Assembly (NCBI GenBank): GCA_963772455.1
Contig: CAVYXJ010000010.1
Coordinates: 160,001 to 224,000, forward strand
DNA: 64,000 nt
From: Candidatus Bathyarchaeota archaeon
Lineage (GTDB): Archaea; Thermoproteota; Bathyarchaeia; Bathyarchaeales; Bathycorpusculaceae
Direction of reading: 5' to 3'
The position numbers and the translations under genes are program-made. Below are positions 18,830 through 29,114 of the stretch, in pieces (positions within the stretch are counted from its first letter, which is position 1; the number at the start of each line of letters is the position of its first letter). A model generated the notes under the pieces. That model was not told the DNA's origin, ran no database searches, and worked only from the letters and a program-made list of their open reading frames with translations.

Positions 18830-19908
18830 CCTGTATCTTTGTTTCCGACTGCGAAGGACCAATATCCAAAAATGATAATGCCTTCGAGTTAGCTGAGAAC
18901 TTTATTCCAAACGGTGACAAATTTTTCACACTCATAAGCCTCTATGATGATGTCTTGGCAGATGCAATCAAGAAACCTGGTTACACTGCGGGCAGCACTC
19001 TCAAGTTGATTTTGCCCTTCTTCAAAGCGTATGGGATAACGGACAGCCAAATGGAAGATTTCTCAACTAATAATATTCTGCTAATCGCCAACAGTAAAGC
19101 AACACTGAACTACATACAAAGAATTGCTGGCTCCTTTATCGTTAGCACAAGCTATGAACACTATATCAAAGCCTTCTGCAAAGCGGTCGATTTTCCACTC
19201 AAAAATGCGTATTGTACAAAAGTGAAACTCGACAAATGTCCCATCACACCCCAAGAAAAGGAGCGCTTAAGAGAGATGGCGCAAGAAATCGCGCAAATGC
19301 CCCCAATCGCCATTCCACCAAACGCTAAAACCATTGAGGATTTTTCAAACCGCGATCAGGCAATTATCAAGCGGTTAGATGAGATTTTTTGGAGTCTAAT
19401 TCCCAAGATGTTTGTTGGCAAGTTTCTCACAGATGTAGTTACCATTGGCGGGGAACATAAAGCCGAAGCCATTCGTGACATAGTCAAACGTTTAGGTAGT
19501 GAGCTGGAGAATGTGTTGTATGTGGGAGATAGCATAACAGATGTGGACGCATTCAAACTAGTACGCTCCAATGGTGGCTTGGTGGTCTCTTTCAACGGGA
19601 ACAGTTATGCAGTAAGGGAAGCTGACGTGGCAGTTCTGTCGGATAGTAACCTTGTTACAGCTGTGATAGCTGATTTGTTCTGTAAGTTGGGCAAAAAACA
19701 AACCCTTAAAGCTCTTGGTTTATGGAGCTATGATGTTCTTAAAAAAAATCAGATAGACGAAGTTTTACTAAAACAGTTATCAACGTTGTATCCTGATGTA
19801 TTGCCCAAAGTTCAAATAGTTACAGCCAAAAATATGGAATCACTAATAAAAGAGAGCAGCGAGTTTAGGAAGAAGGTTCGCGGAGTAGCCGTGGGGAGAC
19901 TTGGATAA
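18826..19908 (+). CDS. HAD-superfamily hydrolase, EhaR-like
   Basis: FVSDCEGPISKNDNAFEL (motif I DxE), IVSTSYEHY, YVGDSITDVDAF, SFNGNSYAV; TTGA overlap with purD stop. Confidence 0.8.
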   Translation: MTCIFVSDCEGPISKNDNAFELAENFIPNGDKFFTLISLYDDVLADAIKKPGYTAGSTLKLILPFFKAYGITDSQMEDFSTNNILLIANSKATLNYIQRIAGSFIVSTSYEHYIKAFCKAVDFPLKNAYCTKVKLDKCPITPQEKERLREMAQEIAQMPPIAIPPNAKTIEDFSNRDQAIIKRLDEIFWSLIPKMFVGKFLTDVVTIGGEHKAEAIRDIVKRLGSELENVLYVGDSITDVDAFKLVRSNGGLVVSFNGNSYAVREADVAVLSDSNLVTAVIADLFCKLGKKQTLKALGLWSYDVLKKNQIDEVLLKQLSTLYPDVLPKVQIVTAKNMESLIKESSEFRKKVRGVAVGRLG

Positions 19909-20817
19909 ATGCCTAAAGCAAAAATCGAAGACACTTATGCAGAAGCGTTCACTGGGATTTATTGTCGTGTAATCGTAACTGCGGACGACGAGCCAACGCT
20001 TCGCAAAGCCGCCGAAGACTCCACTGCAACGCCATCAGTAGTGATTGGAAGAACCGAGGGCGGTGTTGAAAAATACCTAACTCCAAGTGAAACACCAGAC
20101 AAACGCATGGGCGCTATATTGCAGTTCTGGGGAGAAATCAACCCAAAAAAAACCTTCGAGGAATCACTGAAAAAGTTTGAAACTGAACTGTCTTATCGTA
20201 TTCGCCAGGATATTCTTGTTAAACCCTTTACGGCAATTTTCGATGCAATGCCAAGGGCTGAGGGCAAGTTAGATATGATGGAGAGTGTGGGGCATTGCGG
20301 CGACGGTTACGAGTGGGTTGAGAAGCGTTATGGCAGGGAAGTCATTGTTGTTCCTTTAATGGTTCCGGACTTTATCATCGAACACTATCTTGGTTACGCG
20401 AAAGGTGTTATGGGCGGCAATTTTTGGATAATGTGCAAATCAAAAGAAGCACTCAAAGAAGCGGGCGCTAGAGCACTAAAGGCAATTCATAAAGTGTACG
20501 GGGTCGTGAACACTTTTGACATATGTTCAGCTGGCTCCAAACCAGAAACGCACTTTCCCAAAATAGGACCCACTACCAACCACCTATATTGTCCATCGCT
20601 CAAATCGCGCTTAGGTAAAGAATCCAAGGTTCCAGAAGGCGTCGGTTACATAGCCGAAGTCGTCTTCGACGGCATTTCTTTGGATGCAGTTAAAGAAGCC
20701 ACCAAAACAGGAATCAAAGCGGTTTTAGAAGTTGATGGTGTTGTGCGGGTTTCCGCCGGCAATTACGGTGGCAAACTAGGCGAATATAAAATCCAATTAA
20801 AGGAGTTATTTCCATGA
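19909..20817 (+). CDS. ftr: Formylmethanofuran:H4MPT formyltransferase homolog, divergent FtrII/EhaS-like type
   Basis: [48 protein letters not shown]; variant segments [12 protein letters not shown] and CSAGSKPET. Confidence 0.9.
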   Translation: MPKAKIEDTYAEAFTGIYCRVIVTADDEPTLRKAAEDSTATPSVVIGRTEGGVEKYLTPSETPDKRMGAILQFWGEINPKKTFEESLKKFETELSYRIRQDILVKPFTAIFDAMPRAEGKLDMMESVGHCGDGYEWVEKRYGREVIVVPLMVPDFIIEHYLGYAKGVMGGNFWIMCKSKEALKEAGARALKAIHKVYGVVNTFDICSAGSKPETHFPKIGPTTNHLYCPSLKSRLGKESKVPEGVGYIAEVVFDGISLDAVKEATKTGIKAVLEVDGVVRVSAGNYGGKLGEYKIQLKELFP

Positions 20818-21728
20818 CAAAATTTGATGTAGTCGGTTTCGGGGCACTCAACGTTGACATGCTCTTCAAAGTCGAGCGACTTGCAACTGCGGAAGAAGAA
20901 AGCTTTATTGAAAATTACACAGAAGCTTGCGGTGGATCAGCCGCAAACACAATTGTTGGATTGGCTAGGCTTGGTTGTAAAGTCGGTTTCATAGGCAAAG
21001 TTGCTAACGACCGTGAAGGCCAAATGCAACTTGATTGCTTCCAAACAGAAGGAGTGGACACAGGCGGCATAATTGAGACAACCAAGGGAAGAAGCGGTTC
21101 GGTTATGGGTTTTGTGGACAGAAAAGGTGCAAGGGCTCTCTACATTAATTCAGGCGTCAATGACTTAGTTGAGCTTAGAGAAATTAAATATGAATACATT
21201 TCTCAAACTAAACTCCTTCATTTATCGTCCTTCGTTGGTGAAAAATCGTTCCGTGCACAAAAGAAGCTCTTAAGCGCTTTGCCTGAAGGGGTTGAAATAA
21301 GTTTTGACCCAGGTTCATTGTACGCTCAAAAAGGTTTTGCAGTCATTGAGCCTATCCTTAAGAATTCTCATGTTATGATGCCAAATGCAATTGAACTTGA
21401 ACAATTAACCGGTGAAGAAGATTACCGCAAAGGAGCTGATTTCATGATTGCTATGGGTGTTAAGATCGTGGCTGTTAAGCTTGGCAACAAAGGTTGCTAT
21501 GTAACGGACGGTAATGAAAAGCTTAGTGTAGAACCATTCAAAGTTAAAGCAATCGACACAACTGGGGCAGGCGACGCTTTCAACGCAGGCTTCCTCTATG
21601 GCTTAATCCAAAACAAAAGTCTCTATGAATGCGGTCAATTGGGCAATTTTGTAGCTTCCCGAAGCGTTATGGCAATGGGTGCCCGCGCAGGCTTACCCTA
21701 TGCTAAAGATTTAGCACTTCTTAGTTAG
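20814..21728 (+). CDS. PfkB/ribokinase-family kinase, EhaT-like
   Basis: [29 protein letters not shown]; ATGA overlap with ftr stop. Confidence 0.92.
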   Translation: MTKFDVVGFGALNVDMLFKVERLATAEEESFIENYTEACGGSAANTIVGLARLGCKVGFIGKVANDREGQMQLDCFQTEGVDTGGIIETTKGRSGSVMGFVDRKGARALYINSGVNDLVELREIKYEYISQTKLLHLSSFVGEKSFRAQKKLLSALPEGVEISFDPGSLYAQKGFAVIEPILKNSHVMMPNAIELEQLTGEEDYRKGADFMIAMGVKIVAVKLGNKGCYVTDGNEKLSVEPFKVKAIDTTGAGDAFNAGFLYGLIQNKSLYECGQLGNFVASRSVMAMGARAGLPYAKDLALLS

Positions 21729-22529
21729 CTTGTCGATTATGCTTTGGAAGATTAGTTTTCCATCGCCATACTGGAGCATTTGTTGTTCGCGCGTCCAGTT
21801 GGGTTGTTGCCACCAATACATCGCCCTCTCAGGATGAGGCATCAACCCAAAGATGTTGCCTTCTTTGTTGCAGATTCCAGCAATGTCGTAGAATGAACCG
21901 TTAGGACAGATCGGGTACTTGCCGTCAGCGACTTTGCCATTTTTGTCGCAGTAGCGGAACACCAACATGTCCTCATCGATGAGTTTCTTTAGCAGTGCCT
22001 GCTCTTGTTCTTTTGGAAATAGTAATCGCCCTTCTCCGTGTGCGATTGGTAAGCTAATGACTTTTCCTGGTGGAATTTTGTTTGTAAATAAACATTTACC
22101 TTTGTTTTCTTGTTTGAGGTAGATCCATTCGCATTTGAAACCTGCAGGTTCATTGGTGGTCAATGTGGCTTCTGGGTAGGCGCTCAGTCCTTTGAAGCCT
22201 GGAAGCAAACCGTATTCGACTAGGATTTGGAAACCGTTACAGATGCCCAAGATTGGTCTGCCTTCATCGATGAATTTTCCCATTTCTTTGGCGAGGTTCG
22301 CGGAGAGGTGTCTTGCAAAAATCACGCCTGAACGAACATAGTCGCCGAATGAAAAGCCGCCAGGAAAAACTAGAATACTGTAATCCAGCAGGTTTCGGTG
22401 TTTGATTAACTCGTTAACATGGACAGATTCTGCTTGTACGCCTAGTTCTTGGAAGGCACGCAGGGTTTCTGCGTCGCAGTTGGTGCCGCCGACTCGCATT
22501 ACGCAGACTTTGATTTCTTCGGTGTTCAT
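21711..22529 (-). CDS. purQ: FGAM synthase glutaminase subunit
   Basis: GTNCD, PGGFSFGD, GICNGFQIL, AHGEG, MPHPER. Confidence 0.97.
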   Translation of the reverse strand: MNTEEIKVCVMRVGGTNCDAETLRAFQELGVQAESVHVNELIKHRNLLDYSILVFPGGFSFGDYVRSGVIFARHLSANLAKEMGKFIDEGRPILGICNGFQILVEYGLLPGFKGLSAYPEATLTTNEPAGFKCEWIYLKQENKGKCLFTNKIPPGKVISLPIAHGEGRLLFPKEQEQALLKKLIDEDMLVFRYCDKNGKVADGKYPICPNGSFYDIAGICNKEGNIFGLMPHPERAMYWWQQPNWTREQQMLQYGDGKLIFQSIIDKLTKKC

Positions 22530-24913
22530 TGTGGTGCCTCCTCTTGGTTTAAGGTTCTTTTCCAGTTGTGTCTTAGGTTTTCAAGCTTAGCATCAATTGC
22601 GCTTTTTCCATTCAGCCCCGTAATGAGTAGTTTTGGTTCTTTGGTTACTTTGCCGATTAAAGCGCAGTTCTTGCCTTTCATTAGAGTCTCAAAATCTTCT
22701 TTGTCTGCTTCTGCAACTTCGATTAGAAAGCGACTGTTTGATTCTGAGAACAACACAAAATCGTTTCGCGCCATTTCTTTGGCTGGCACTTTGGATAGGT
22801 TTATTTCTAAGCCGTAGTCGCTTGCAAATGCCATTTCGGCTGCTGCTACTGCTAAGCCGCCTTCCGAGAGGTCGTGGCATGATTTAATTAATCCTTCGTC
22901 AATGGCGTCAATAACTGCTCTGAAGGTGCGTTTGGCTTTTGCTCCTTTTACTTTGGGTACGTTTGCGCCAAGGTAGCCTTTGAGTTTGTAGTATTCTGAG
23001 CCGCCTAGTTCGTTGTATGTTTCCCCGATGATGTAGAGTAGGTTGCCGGGGGCTTTGAGTTCCATGGAGATGGTTGATTGAATGTTTGGAATTACGCCTA
23101 CTGCAGTGATTAGAAGTGTGGGTGTTATTGGCCCGAGGGGCGATTCATTGTATAAGCTGTCTTTTCCTGAAATGAACGGTGCCTTAAATGCCACAGAGAA
23201 GTCGAAGCATGCTTGACACGCTCTCACAAGCGATCCCAATCGCTCTGGTTTCTCGGGGTTTCCCCAAGTGAAATTGTCTAGTAGTGAGACTCTTCTTCCG
23301 CCCACTGCAACGTTGTTTCGGATTGCTTCGTCAATGGCTGAAGCTGCCATCCAATAAGCATCAATCTTGCCATAATTCGGGTTCATACCGCAAGAAATCA
23401 CTAAACCCTTCCATGAATCGTCAAGTGGTTTTAAGACGGCGGCATCGTTTGGTCCTGCGTATTCGCCTTGTAGTGGTTTGAGGGTTGTGTTGCCTTTGAC
23501 TTCATGGTCGTAAGTGCGAATTACGCTTTCTTTGCTTGCTATGTTTGGGGCTGCGAGTAGTAGGTGCAAGGTTTCAGTTAGGTTTGATGGTTCTGGGAAT
23601 TCTGGTTCGGTAAAGGTTGTTTTTTCGATGGTTGCTATTTTGCTGCTTGTGCAAGGGTTGAAGAGGAAAGTCATGTTTATGTCGCTGACGGTTTCTCCGT
23701 TGTAGGTGAGTTTTAGTTGTCTCTCTGGTGTTAGTGTTCCGATGGCTGTTGCAATAACGTCTTCTTTTTCGAAAACAGCCATGACACGCTCCAGATTCTC
23801 GCAAGGCACCGTGATTAACATGCGTTCTTGTGATTCTGATAGGTAAATTTCCCATGGTGCCAAATCCGGATGCTTCAAGGGTACTTTAGCTAAATCTGCG
23901 ATTACTCCGCAGTTAAAGCGTTCTGCTGTTTCGCCAACTGCTGAAGATAAGCCTCCGCCGCCAATGTCAGTCACTGCTGAAGCGAGTTGTAGGTCGCGGA
24001 TCTCTATTATTGCTCGTTTAACTTTTTCTTCTTCTATAGGGTCTGCTATTTGGACTGCTGGGCGCGAGACTGTTTCCGATTTCTCGGTTAATTCTGCGGA
24101 TGCGAAGGTTACTCCGTGGATGCCGTCGCGTCCGGTTTTTCCGCCTGCTAAAACTACTATGTCGCCGACTTTAGCGTTTTTTGCATATTTGTTTAGAGGT
24201 AAAAGTCCAATGCAGCCGCAGTATACTGTGACGTTGCCTGTGTAGGATTCGTCGAAGTATATTGCGCCGTTTACGGTTGGGATGCCCATGTTGTTGCCGT
24301 AGGCGCTGATGCCTGCGGTGACACCCATATAAACGTATTTTGGATGTTTAACGCCTGCAGGAAGCTTCTTGTAATCGTAATCTAAAGGTCCAAAACCTAA
24401 GACGTCAGTGCAAGCGATTGGGTCAGCCCATACGCCTAGTATGTCGCGTATAACGCCACCAACTCCTGTTGCTGCGCCGCCAAATGGCTCAATCGCAGAT
24501 GGATGGTTGTGAGTTTCAACTTTTGCTGCTATGCCAAAACCCTTGTCAAACTTGACGATTCCCGCATTGTCTTCAAATACACTTACACACCAAGGTGCTT
24601 TGATTTGTTTGGTGGCTTTTGCAATGTATGTTTTGAAGAGACTGTCGATTTCTTTACCATCGATTTGGATTTTTCCTTTGAAGGTTTTGTGGCAACAGTG
24701 CTCTGACCATGTTTGGCTAATGGTTTGTAGTTCTAAATCAGTCGGATTTCTTTTTTCTTCTTTAAAATAAGCTTGGATGTTGCATAGTTCTTGTTGGCTA
24801 AAACCCAAGGATAATTCGCTGTTGAATTCGGCAAGTTGTTCTTGGGTAGCTTTTGCTATAGCAACTTCTAAAACTGGGCTGGTTTTGCGTTGGGTGTAGA
24901 GGTTAGCGTTCAT
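22526..24913 (-). CDS. purL: FGAM synthase large subunit
   Basis: WSEHCCHK, KVETHNHPSAIEPFGGAATGVGG, GRDGIHG, LSESQERM, SGKDSLYN, HDLSEGGL. Confidence 0.98.
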   Translation of the reverse strand: MNANLYTQRKTSPVLEVAIAKATQEQLAEFNSELSLGFSQQELCNIQAYFKEEKRNPTDLELQTISQTWSEHCCHKTFKGKIQIDGKEIDSLFKTYIAKATKQIKAPWCVSVFEDNAGIVKFDKGFGIAAKVETHNHPSAIEPFGGAATGVGGVIRDILGVWADPIACTDVLGFGPLDYDYKKLPAGVKHPKYVYMGVTAGISAYGNNMGIPTVNGAIYFDESYTGNVTVYCGCIGLLPLNKYAKNAKVGDIVVLAGGKTGRDGIHGVTFASAELTEKSETVSRPAVQIADPIEEEKVKRAIIEIRDLQLASAVTDIGGGGLSSAVGETAERFNCGVIADLAKVPLKHPDLAPWEIYLSESQERMLITVPCENLERVMAVFEKEDVIATAIGTLTPERQLKLTYNGETVSDINMTFLFNPCTSSKIATIEKTTFTEPEFPEPSNLTETLHLLLAAPNIASKESVIRTYDHEVKGNTTLKPLQGEYAGPNDAAVLKPLDDSWKGLVISCGMNPNYGKIDAYWMAASAIDEAIRNNVAVGGRRVSLLDNFTWGNPEKPERLGSLVRACQACFDFSVAFKAPFISGKDSLYNESPLGPITPTLLITAVGVIPNIQSTISMELKAPGNLLYIIGETYNELGGSEYYKLKGYLGANVPKVKGAKAKRTFRAVIDAIDEGLIKSCHDLSEGGLAVAAAEMAFASDYGLEINLSKVPAKEMARNDFVLFSESNSRFLIEVAEADKEDFETLMKGKNCALIGKVTKEPKLLITGLNGKSAIDAKLENLRHNWKRTLNQEEAPQ

Positions 24914-25161
24914 TTAATTTCAACAACGCTTATAGTGTAGTTGTCTTTGGTTGGGTTTGCCAAAAGACGTTTGCTCATATCTTCTGCCTTCGCTTTGGCT
25001 TCAGTTAGCGTTGATGCATCAAGAGTCACGGTGTAGACTTTGCTTACGTCGACCGCTTGAACCTTGTAGCCGAGTTCCACAAGTAAACGTGCAGTTGTTT
25101 CGCCTTCCGGGTTGCTATGTCCGGGTTTGAGGCTGACTTCAATTTTGGCAGCGTATTTCAT
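24910..25161 (-). CDS. purS: FGAM synthase PurS subunit
   Basis: LKPGHSNPEG, RLLANP; overlaps purL start. Confidence 0.93.
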   Translation of the reverse strand: MKYAAKIEVSLKPGHSNPEGETTARLLVELGYKVQAVDVSKVYTVTLDASTLTEAKAKAEDMSKRLLANPTKDNYTISVVEIK

Positions 25162-25218
25162 AAGCCACTAAATTATGATTTGGAATTTAAACGCTTTCGT
25201 AAAGAAAAAAGCAATACT

Positions 25219-26301
25219 TTATGTGAAAATCATATGTTTGGTCTTGTAATCTATTTCCACGACTTTTTGTTTGTTAGTTATCTTGCCGATAATCTCAGGG
25301 TTCTCGCCAGCGTGCTTTAGAGTGTTTAATGTGTTCTCAATATCTGCCTTGTTAACCACAATGGCAAATCCCCAGCCCATGTTAAAGGTCTTAAACATCT
25401 CCTCATCAGATATTATAAATCCCAGATCAGCCGCGGTTTTCTGGATTAATCCAAATATTGGATGCGGCTTGAAATTGTTGAATTCAAAACCGATGCCTGG
25501 AGAGTAGTTGGCAAGGTTATTGAATTTCAAGTAAGCATCGCCCGTAATGTGGACAGCTCCCTTAATTTTGACTTCTTGAGCAAGTTTTAAGAAAGGTTTA
25601 ACGTAGATTTTCGTGGGTTTCAAAACCTCAAGAACCACTTCCCTGTCTATCCCTTCTGGGATGTCGTAGGGTGAGTATTTTCCGCCCCATTGTTTGAAGA
25701 GGATTTTTCTTGCAAGTGTGATAGCGTTGCTGTGCAAGCCGCTGCTGGGCAAACCGATAATTGGGTCTTCCGGCTTGATGTTTTCGCCAGTGATGATTTT
25801 TTTGCGTTCAACACTGCCGACCGAAGAGACAACCATATCGAACCCTGCGTTTTCCGATAAGCCCTTGATTAATTCAGCTACGTCTCCTGTTTCGCCACCT
25901 GTAACTGGGCATTCGGATTCGTGCGCGCCTTGGATGATGCCTTTTAGCCACTCGTTTACTAATGTGGGTTCGCTGGCCTGCGCATGAATGTTATCCGCTA
26001 CGGAAAGAGGTTTGGCGCCAGAGCGAATCACATCATTAACAGCCATCGCAACAGCGTCTACACCTATTGTGTCGTATTTTTGTGCTAGTTGAGCAACAAG
26101 AACTTTGGTGCCTACACCTTCAATTACTAAATCCAAAAAAGTGTTCTCGCCGATTGGAAAAATGTTTCCGTAAGGTAGATGCATTACACCGCTAAAGAGG
26201 CTGTGCTGGTAGGTTTCCTGCAGATTCTTAAGTTGTTTTTTGGATTCTACGCGTTGTTTGCGATTTACTCCTGCATCCTCGTAAGTGTAGTTTTTGGGCA
26301 C
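25219..26301 (-). CDS. purM: AIR synthetase
   Basis: TYEDAGV, EGVGTK, AMAVND, GGETG, SSGLHSN, HITG, TFNMGWG. Confidence 0.96.
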   Translation of the reverse strand: MPKNYTYEDAGVNRKQRVESKKQLKNLQETYQHSLFSGVMHLPYGNIFPIGENTFLDLVIEGVGTKVLVAQLAQKYDTIGVDAVAMAVNDVIRSGAKPLSVADNIHAQASEPTLVNEWLKGIIQGAHESECPVTGGETGDVAELIKGLSENAGFDMVVSSVGSVERKKIITGENIKPEDPIIGLPSSGLHSNAITLARKILFKQWGGKYSPYDIPEGIDREVVLEVLKPTKIYVKPFLKLAQEVKIKGAVHITGDAYLKFNNLANYSPGIGFEFNNFKPHPIFGLIQKTAADLGFIISDEEMFKTFNMGWGFAIVVNKADIENTLNTLKHAGENPEIIGKITNKQKVVEIDYKTKHMIFT

Positions 26302-26415
26302 GAGCTTGTTTCTCCTTGCACGCTAAATGTGTAGGTTTCTGTCTGATAACGATTTTGTTTGCAAAAACCCAAAAAGGTTTTTGTGCTCAGAATGATTGAT
26401 TAGCCATTGATCTTC

Positions 26416-27252
26416 GTGCAAACAACTCCCAAATACCACATCTATGTAGAATACGTTGAACCAGACAAATCAGGCATCAGATTCAATGTTCCCCAAGAAG
26501 AACTTGTGCGCACTTTCTCCTCCCCCTACACCATGGGGCAACCTTTCTGGTTTTTGGGCAAACTTCTCAACCCCAACAAAGTAACTAAAGTTGTCATATT
26601 CTGGTCCTACCAAACAGCCGACAAACTAAAACTTCCAAACCAAGAAAATCTTGTAGCCGCCAAAGACAAAAAATACCTAATCGAAAATATACTCAAAGGC
26701 AAAGTCAAAGGCGCTTACCTGTGCACTGAAAAATTCTTATCTTCAACCGAAAAAACCACGGCTCCCTCTAAACAGTCAATATCTGGATCGGATGTTAGGC
26801 GAAGGGTTTTCGTAGTCTGCGGCACAGATGGCGAGATGAAGCAAGCTGTCACTATTTCCTTAACCAGACTCAAACTTGTACCGATAGTTGTGTGTGAAGA
26901 GCCAAGTCAAGGTAAAAAAATCGTTGAACGATTCCAAGAGTATTCCGATGTTGGTTTTGCGGTAGTTTTGCTTTCGCCGGATGATTGCGTATACGTTAAA
27001 GATGAACCGCCCACAAAACGCACGCTAAGACCTAGGCAAGACGTGATTTTTGAGCTTGGTTTCCTTTTAGGAAAACTTGGTAAGAATAACGTACTTGTCT
27101 TCTTCAGAGAGTGCGCAAACTTTGAAATTCCCACAGATTTTGAAGGTATAAAAATCGCTGCGTTCGATAATCGTGATAGCTGGAAGCTTGCACTCATTCG
27201 TGAACTAACAAACTGTGGATACGATTTCGACGCTAATAGTCTCGAAAAGTAG
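26416..27252 (+). CDS. TIR-like (CAP12/Pycsar effector-type) nucleotide-binding protein with unknown N-terminal domain
   Basis: VFVVCGTD, FAVVLLSPDD, RPRQDVIFELGFLLGKLG, EIPTDFEG. Confidence 0.8.
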   Translation: MQTTPKYHIYVEYVEPDKSGIRFNVPQEELVRTFSSPYTMGQPFWFLGKLLNPNKVTKVVIFWSYQTADKLKLPNQENLVAAKDKKYLIENILKGKVKGAYLCTEKFLSSTEKTTAPSKQSISGSDVRRRVFVVCGTDGEMKQAVTISLTRLKLVPIVVCEEPSQGKKIVERFQEYSDVGFAVVLLSPDDCVYVKDEPPTKRTLRPRQDVIFELGFLLGKLGKNNVLVFFRECANFEIPTDFEGIKIAAFDNRDSWKLALIRELTNCGYDFDANSLEK

Positions 27253-27361
27253 GATAACAAATTAATTTGTAGATTTTCAATTTTAATATGACAAAAATTC
27301 TCTTCAAAGTCCTGACAATTTATTAAAAAAATGATTTGGTTTAGCGAATTATTTTTTTTAG

Positions 27362-27378
27362 CGAAAAAGGTTTATACA
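27362..27378 (+). promoter_or_regulatory. BRE/TATA promoter of Cren7-like gene
   Basis: CGAAAAAGG-TTTATA about 40 bp upstream of ATG 27412; GAGG RBS. Confidence 0.55.
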
Positions 27379-27411
27379 ACATGGTTTCAATCCTAAAATG
27401 AGGAATGTTAA

Positions 27412-27573
27412 ATGGCAAAATGCCCACAATGTGGAAAAGAAGTTGAACCCAAGAAATCATGGAAAATGGCCGGCAGACCAGATAAAACTGGAAAAAGGAC
27501 AGAATTAACAATTGGCCTTTGTGAATGCTGCGGCAAAACCTTCAGAGCAACATTAGCCAAAAAGAAAATATAA
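27412..27573 (+). CDS. Cren7-like chromatin protein with Zn-ribbon cysteines, 53 aa; not in ORF track
   Basis: MAKCPQCGKEVEPKKSWKMAGRPDKTGKRTELTIGLCECCGKTFRATLAKKKI; P-K-x-W...IGL...GK-FR matches Cren7. Confidence 0.75.
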   Translation: MAKCPQCGKEVEPKKSWKMAGRPDKTGKRTELTIGLCECCGKTFRATLAKKKI

Positions 27574-27590
27574 GACTTCTAAAAAACTTC

Positions 27591-28929
27591 CTATCTTTTC
27601 TTTCCTTCATTTTTATTTTTCTTAGCGACCAAAAACCCAGTTGCAACTACCATTAAACTAAGCAGCAAAGGGATTGTCCAAAATGCAAACTCTGGTACTG
27701 TTGGTGAGGGCGAGCCTGTTGGCGATGAAGAGGCTGATTGCTGATTGGTAATTGTCCCAATGGCGTAAATGTAATAGTCGTTTGAACCTATGTAGACCAC
27801 GCCGTTAGCAACAGAAGTAAAGGATTCCACGTCGTCGCCAGTTTTGTAACTCCATATTTTTTCGCCTGTTTTAGCCTTCAAAGCATAAACATAATCATCT
27901 TTAGAGCCAATGTAGACTACTCCATTAGCAACAGCTGCATAGGAATCTATTGCATCTCCAGTTTTATAATTCCAAACTTTTTGGCCTGTTCTAGCATTCA
28001 GGGCATAAACGTTTTGGTCGTCGGAGCCAAAATAAACAATGCCCTCTGCAACAGCTGGTGATGATGTTACATAATCGTTTGTTGTGAAATTCCAAATTTT
28101 TGCGCCACTTTCTGCATCCAAAGCGTATAGAGTTGTGGTCGTTTGAGCCAAAGTAAACCACACCGCCGACAACTGCGGGGGAAGAATACATCGAATCCTT
28201 CGGTTTGAAACTCCATATTTTATTTCCTGTCGAAGCTTCTAAAGCATAAACATAGTCCCAAGATGTAACATAAACAACGTCGTTAACTACTGCTGGAGAA
28301 GACCACACAAAGTTGCTGGTTTGAAAGCTCCAGATTTTGCTGCCGTCTTCTGCCTTTAATGCATAGACGTAATGATCGTTTGAGCCGATGTATACCACTC
28401 CATCGACAACGTTAGGAGAAGAATAAACTTGGTTTCCTGTTTTGAATTTCCATATTTGGTTTCCTGTTTTAGCGTCTAAGGCGTAAACGTTGTTGTCAAG
28501 CGACCCAACATAAACAACGTCGTTAACAACTGTGGCAATTGATTTAATTGAATTACCTGCAGTGAAGCTCCAAATTTTTTCACCCGTGTTAGCATTCAAT
28601 GCATAAAAAGTGCGATCCTGCGAGCCGACATAAGCAACTCCATTTACAACTGATGGGGAAGAATACTCTACAGAATTGCCGGTTTTGAATTTCCATAGTG
28701 TTTGATTGGTCAGCGGTCCGGTCGACGTAGAGTAACCTGAGTGGGCTGAGTCATAATGGAACGTGGGCCAATCGTCGACTGAAGGTTGTTGAGCCTTAAT
28801 TTCCTGAGTGCAGGATAGGAGCGTGGGTAGTAACATTAGTGCTATTATTATTGTGAATTTTTTATGGTTAATTCTCTCATCTTCCTTCTTATTGGTTGGA
28901 TAATCCAACCAGAATATATGTCTTCTCAT
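27591..28929 (-). CDS. Secreted PQQ-like beta-propeller protein with PEF-CTERM tail; one +1 frameshift near 28130
   Basis: Signal peptide, repeated SSPAVxxGVVYxGSxDxxVYALxAxTGxKIW, C-terminal SPSPTVPEF-TM-KKNK; two ORFs join across the frameshift. Confidence 0.85.
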
Positions 28930-29114
28930 AATTCAAGAAAAATTATGTCTATCAAATAAACGAAAAATTAAATTTTTCAGCAAAATTGCAGCCTTAGCGG
29001 GGAAGATTTTCCTTAATATATTTAGCGTGCAATTCGGCGAATGCATCAAAACTATTTACAAATTGAAAAAAAAGATAGACCAATTCTATCACACAAATCA
29101 TTTTGATTTCTTGC

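Noticed and set aside
18826-21728. EhaR/S/T-like genes as evidence of an Eha hydrogenase
   Set aside because: No NiFe or membrane hydrogenase subunits nearby; the context is purine synthesis.
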